A DNA stretch of 64,000 bases from Actinomycetota bacterium (GTDB lineage Bacteria; Actinomycetota; Actinomycetes; S36-B12): NCBI GenBank assembly GCA_016870195.1, contig VGCC01000002.1, forward strand, positions 575 through 64,574. Direction: 5' to 3'. Every line of letters starts with the position of its first letter. Position 1 is the first letter of the stretch. Positions 62,585 through 64,000 of the stretch are shown one piece after another. A model generated the notes under the pieces. The model ran no database searches and had not been told where the DNA came from. It saw only the letters and a program-made list of their open reading frames with translations. Both the position numbers and the translations under genes were made by a program.

Positions 62585-63796
62585 TTAACCCATGAGCTGA
62601 ACGGGAATAGAGGCGTATCCGCGAACGACGAAACCGTGGTGGCGAACGGGTTCTCCGCTCAATGAGATTCCTGGGAATCGGTTCAGCAGGTGCTCAAGAG
62701 CAGTCTTCATCTCCAGGCGCGCGAGCGATGCACCCAGGCAGAAGTGGGTGCCGGCGCTGAAAGTCAGGTGGGGGTTCGGGTTGCGATTCATGGTGAATCG
62801 CTCAGGCTGCACGAAGACGCTCGGATCGTGATTGGCGCCCCCGAGTAACAGCCCTATCCGCTCACCGGCTGGAATCCGGATCGTTGCGGTCATGATCGGA
62901 GCGACGGCGAGACGCTCAAAGAGCTGCAATGGAGCGTCGAATCGCAAAATTTCGTCGACCACGGTTGACAGATCGATGGAATCGTTACTGAGCAGGGCCT
63001 GCCTGACCGTTACGTCCCGAAGGATAGTTACGACTCCCGTGCTCGACGCATTGATCACTGCGCCGGTACCACCGTTGAAAAGGAGAGCCGCACTGGCGAC
63101 AGCCTCCTCGAAGGACAGGTGTGCAGGGCACTGGCTCATAAGGAAATCCAGGGGTATCGATTCAGTCGAACTCGATGCTCTCGACAGCCCAGCCGCCAGG
63201 ATCTCCTCCATTTCCCGCGCACCGGCTTGGCTCAGGTACGCCTCGTTCGGTGTTTGGCACTTCTCAAAGGCTGCAACCATTTGCTCTGACGCCTCACGCA
63301 AGCGTTTGCCGTTGTTCTCGGAAAGGTTGAGGATCGAGCAGATCACTCGCACCGGCAAAGGTTCGAGGAATTCGGGCACGAGATCTCTCGTGGTGTGAGG
63401 ATCGAGCAACATTGAATCGAGCAACTCTTTTACTACTGCCTCGACTACTGCCTCGATGGACATCCAGGTGCTCTTGCGGAAGGGCGGCGACATCGCCTTC
63501 CTCAACCGAGCATGGTCCGATCCCGAGCGATCCAGTGCTGACAGGGAGTTGAGTCGGTTGAAGCTCGCCCAGTCGGATTGAGGCGACCGGTCCTGAAATA
63601 CACGTTGAGACCCGGGATGACGAAGGAGTGCGTTGGCTGTGCGGTAGTCCGCTGTCAACCACATGTCCCAGTCCGGACACCAGACGATGGGACCCTGGTT
63701 GCGTATCTGGGCGAGATACGGATAGGGATCATCCCAATCTTCGGCCGAAGTGACGTCGACGTCACGGAGAACCAAATCGTGCTTGTCTGCATCCAC
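62585..63796 (-). CDS. Cytochrome P450
   Basis: DPYP, HARLR, EILR (ExxR), ANHDP, heme motif FSAGTHFCLG; start set at GTG 63796 with GAGGA upstream (403 aa). Confidence 0.92.
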   Translation of the reverse strand: MDADKHDLVLRDVDVTSAEDWDDPYPYLAQIRNQGPIVWCPDWDMWLTADYRTANALLRHPGSQRVFQDRSPQSDWASFNRLNSLSALDRSGSDHARLRKAMSPPFRKSTWMSIEAVVEAVVKELLDSMLLDPHTTRDLVPEFLEPLPVRVICSILNLSENNGKRLREASEQMVAAFEKCQTPNEAYLSQAGAREMEEILAAGLSRASSSTESIPLDFLMSQCPAHLSFEEAVASAALLFNGGTGAVINASSTGVVTILRDVTVRQALLSNDSIDLSTVVDEILRFDAPLQLFERLAVAPIMTATIRIPAGERIGLLLGGANHDPSVFVQPERFTMNRNPNPHLTFSAGTHFCLGASLARLEMKTALEHLLNRFPGISLSGEPVRHHGFVVRGYASIPVQLMG

Positions 63797-63877
63797 GATG
63801 TCTTCCTCGCGATACTCTGTTCTCTCGTTAAACTCGGGGCGGACGAGGATCGATAGTCTATCCTTTCGAGGCAATGA

Positions 63878-63973
63878 CAAGTCTGTCCAATTGACCTGGG
63901 CGATCGAAGGTACAGAACGATATAGTGCCCTCCGGGGGAACTTGCCAACACTGCTGTCAGTCAAGTCTGTCCA
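63878..63973. repeat. 12-bp direct repeat upstream of the P450 gene
   Basis: CAAGTCTGTCCA at 63878-63889 and 63962-63973. Confidence 0.6.
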
Positions 63974-64000
63974 TCAGTATGCTCAATTCTGCAATTTGCA

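Overview
High-GC actinobacterial chromosomal window with three zones. (1) 1-25.7 kb is a conserved housekeeping block: mutM 3' end, a polytopic membrane protein, smc-ftsY-amtB-glnK-glnD-ffh, rpsP-khpA-rimM-trmD-rplS-lepB-lepB-rnhB-yraN-comM-dprA, an M23 peptidase and rpsB-tsf-pyrH-frr-cdsA-rlmN. (2) 25.7-34.2 kb is a diamine/glutarate-type catabolic block. (3) 34.3-64 kb is a ~30 kb accessory region dominated by pyrimidine-related enzymes. It holds a reductive pyrimidine pathway with an F420-type LLM and no PreTA, a fungal-type uracil-5-carboxylate decarboxylase divergent from ALDH-SDR-PTE genes, and a THI5/NMT1-type ABC transporter coupled to two non-canonical FGE-fold proteins, an FCY1-like cytosine deaminase, TenA, an SDR and an LLM. 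It also holds psuK/psuG with an atypical amidohydrolase, a divergent uridine phosphorylase and an atypical P450. The best candidate for an undescribed system is a bacterial pathway that strips C5 modifications from pyrimidines and funnels them to uracil. All family calls come from motifs recognised by eye; no searches were run. No rRNA, tRNA, CRISPR array or transposase was seen.
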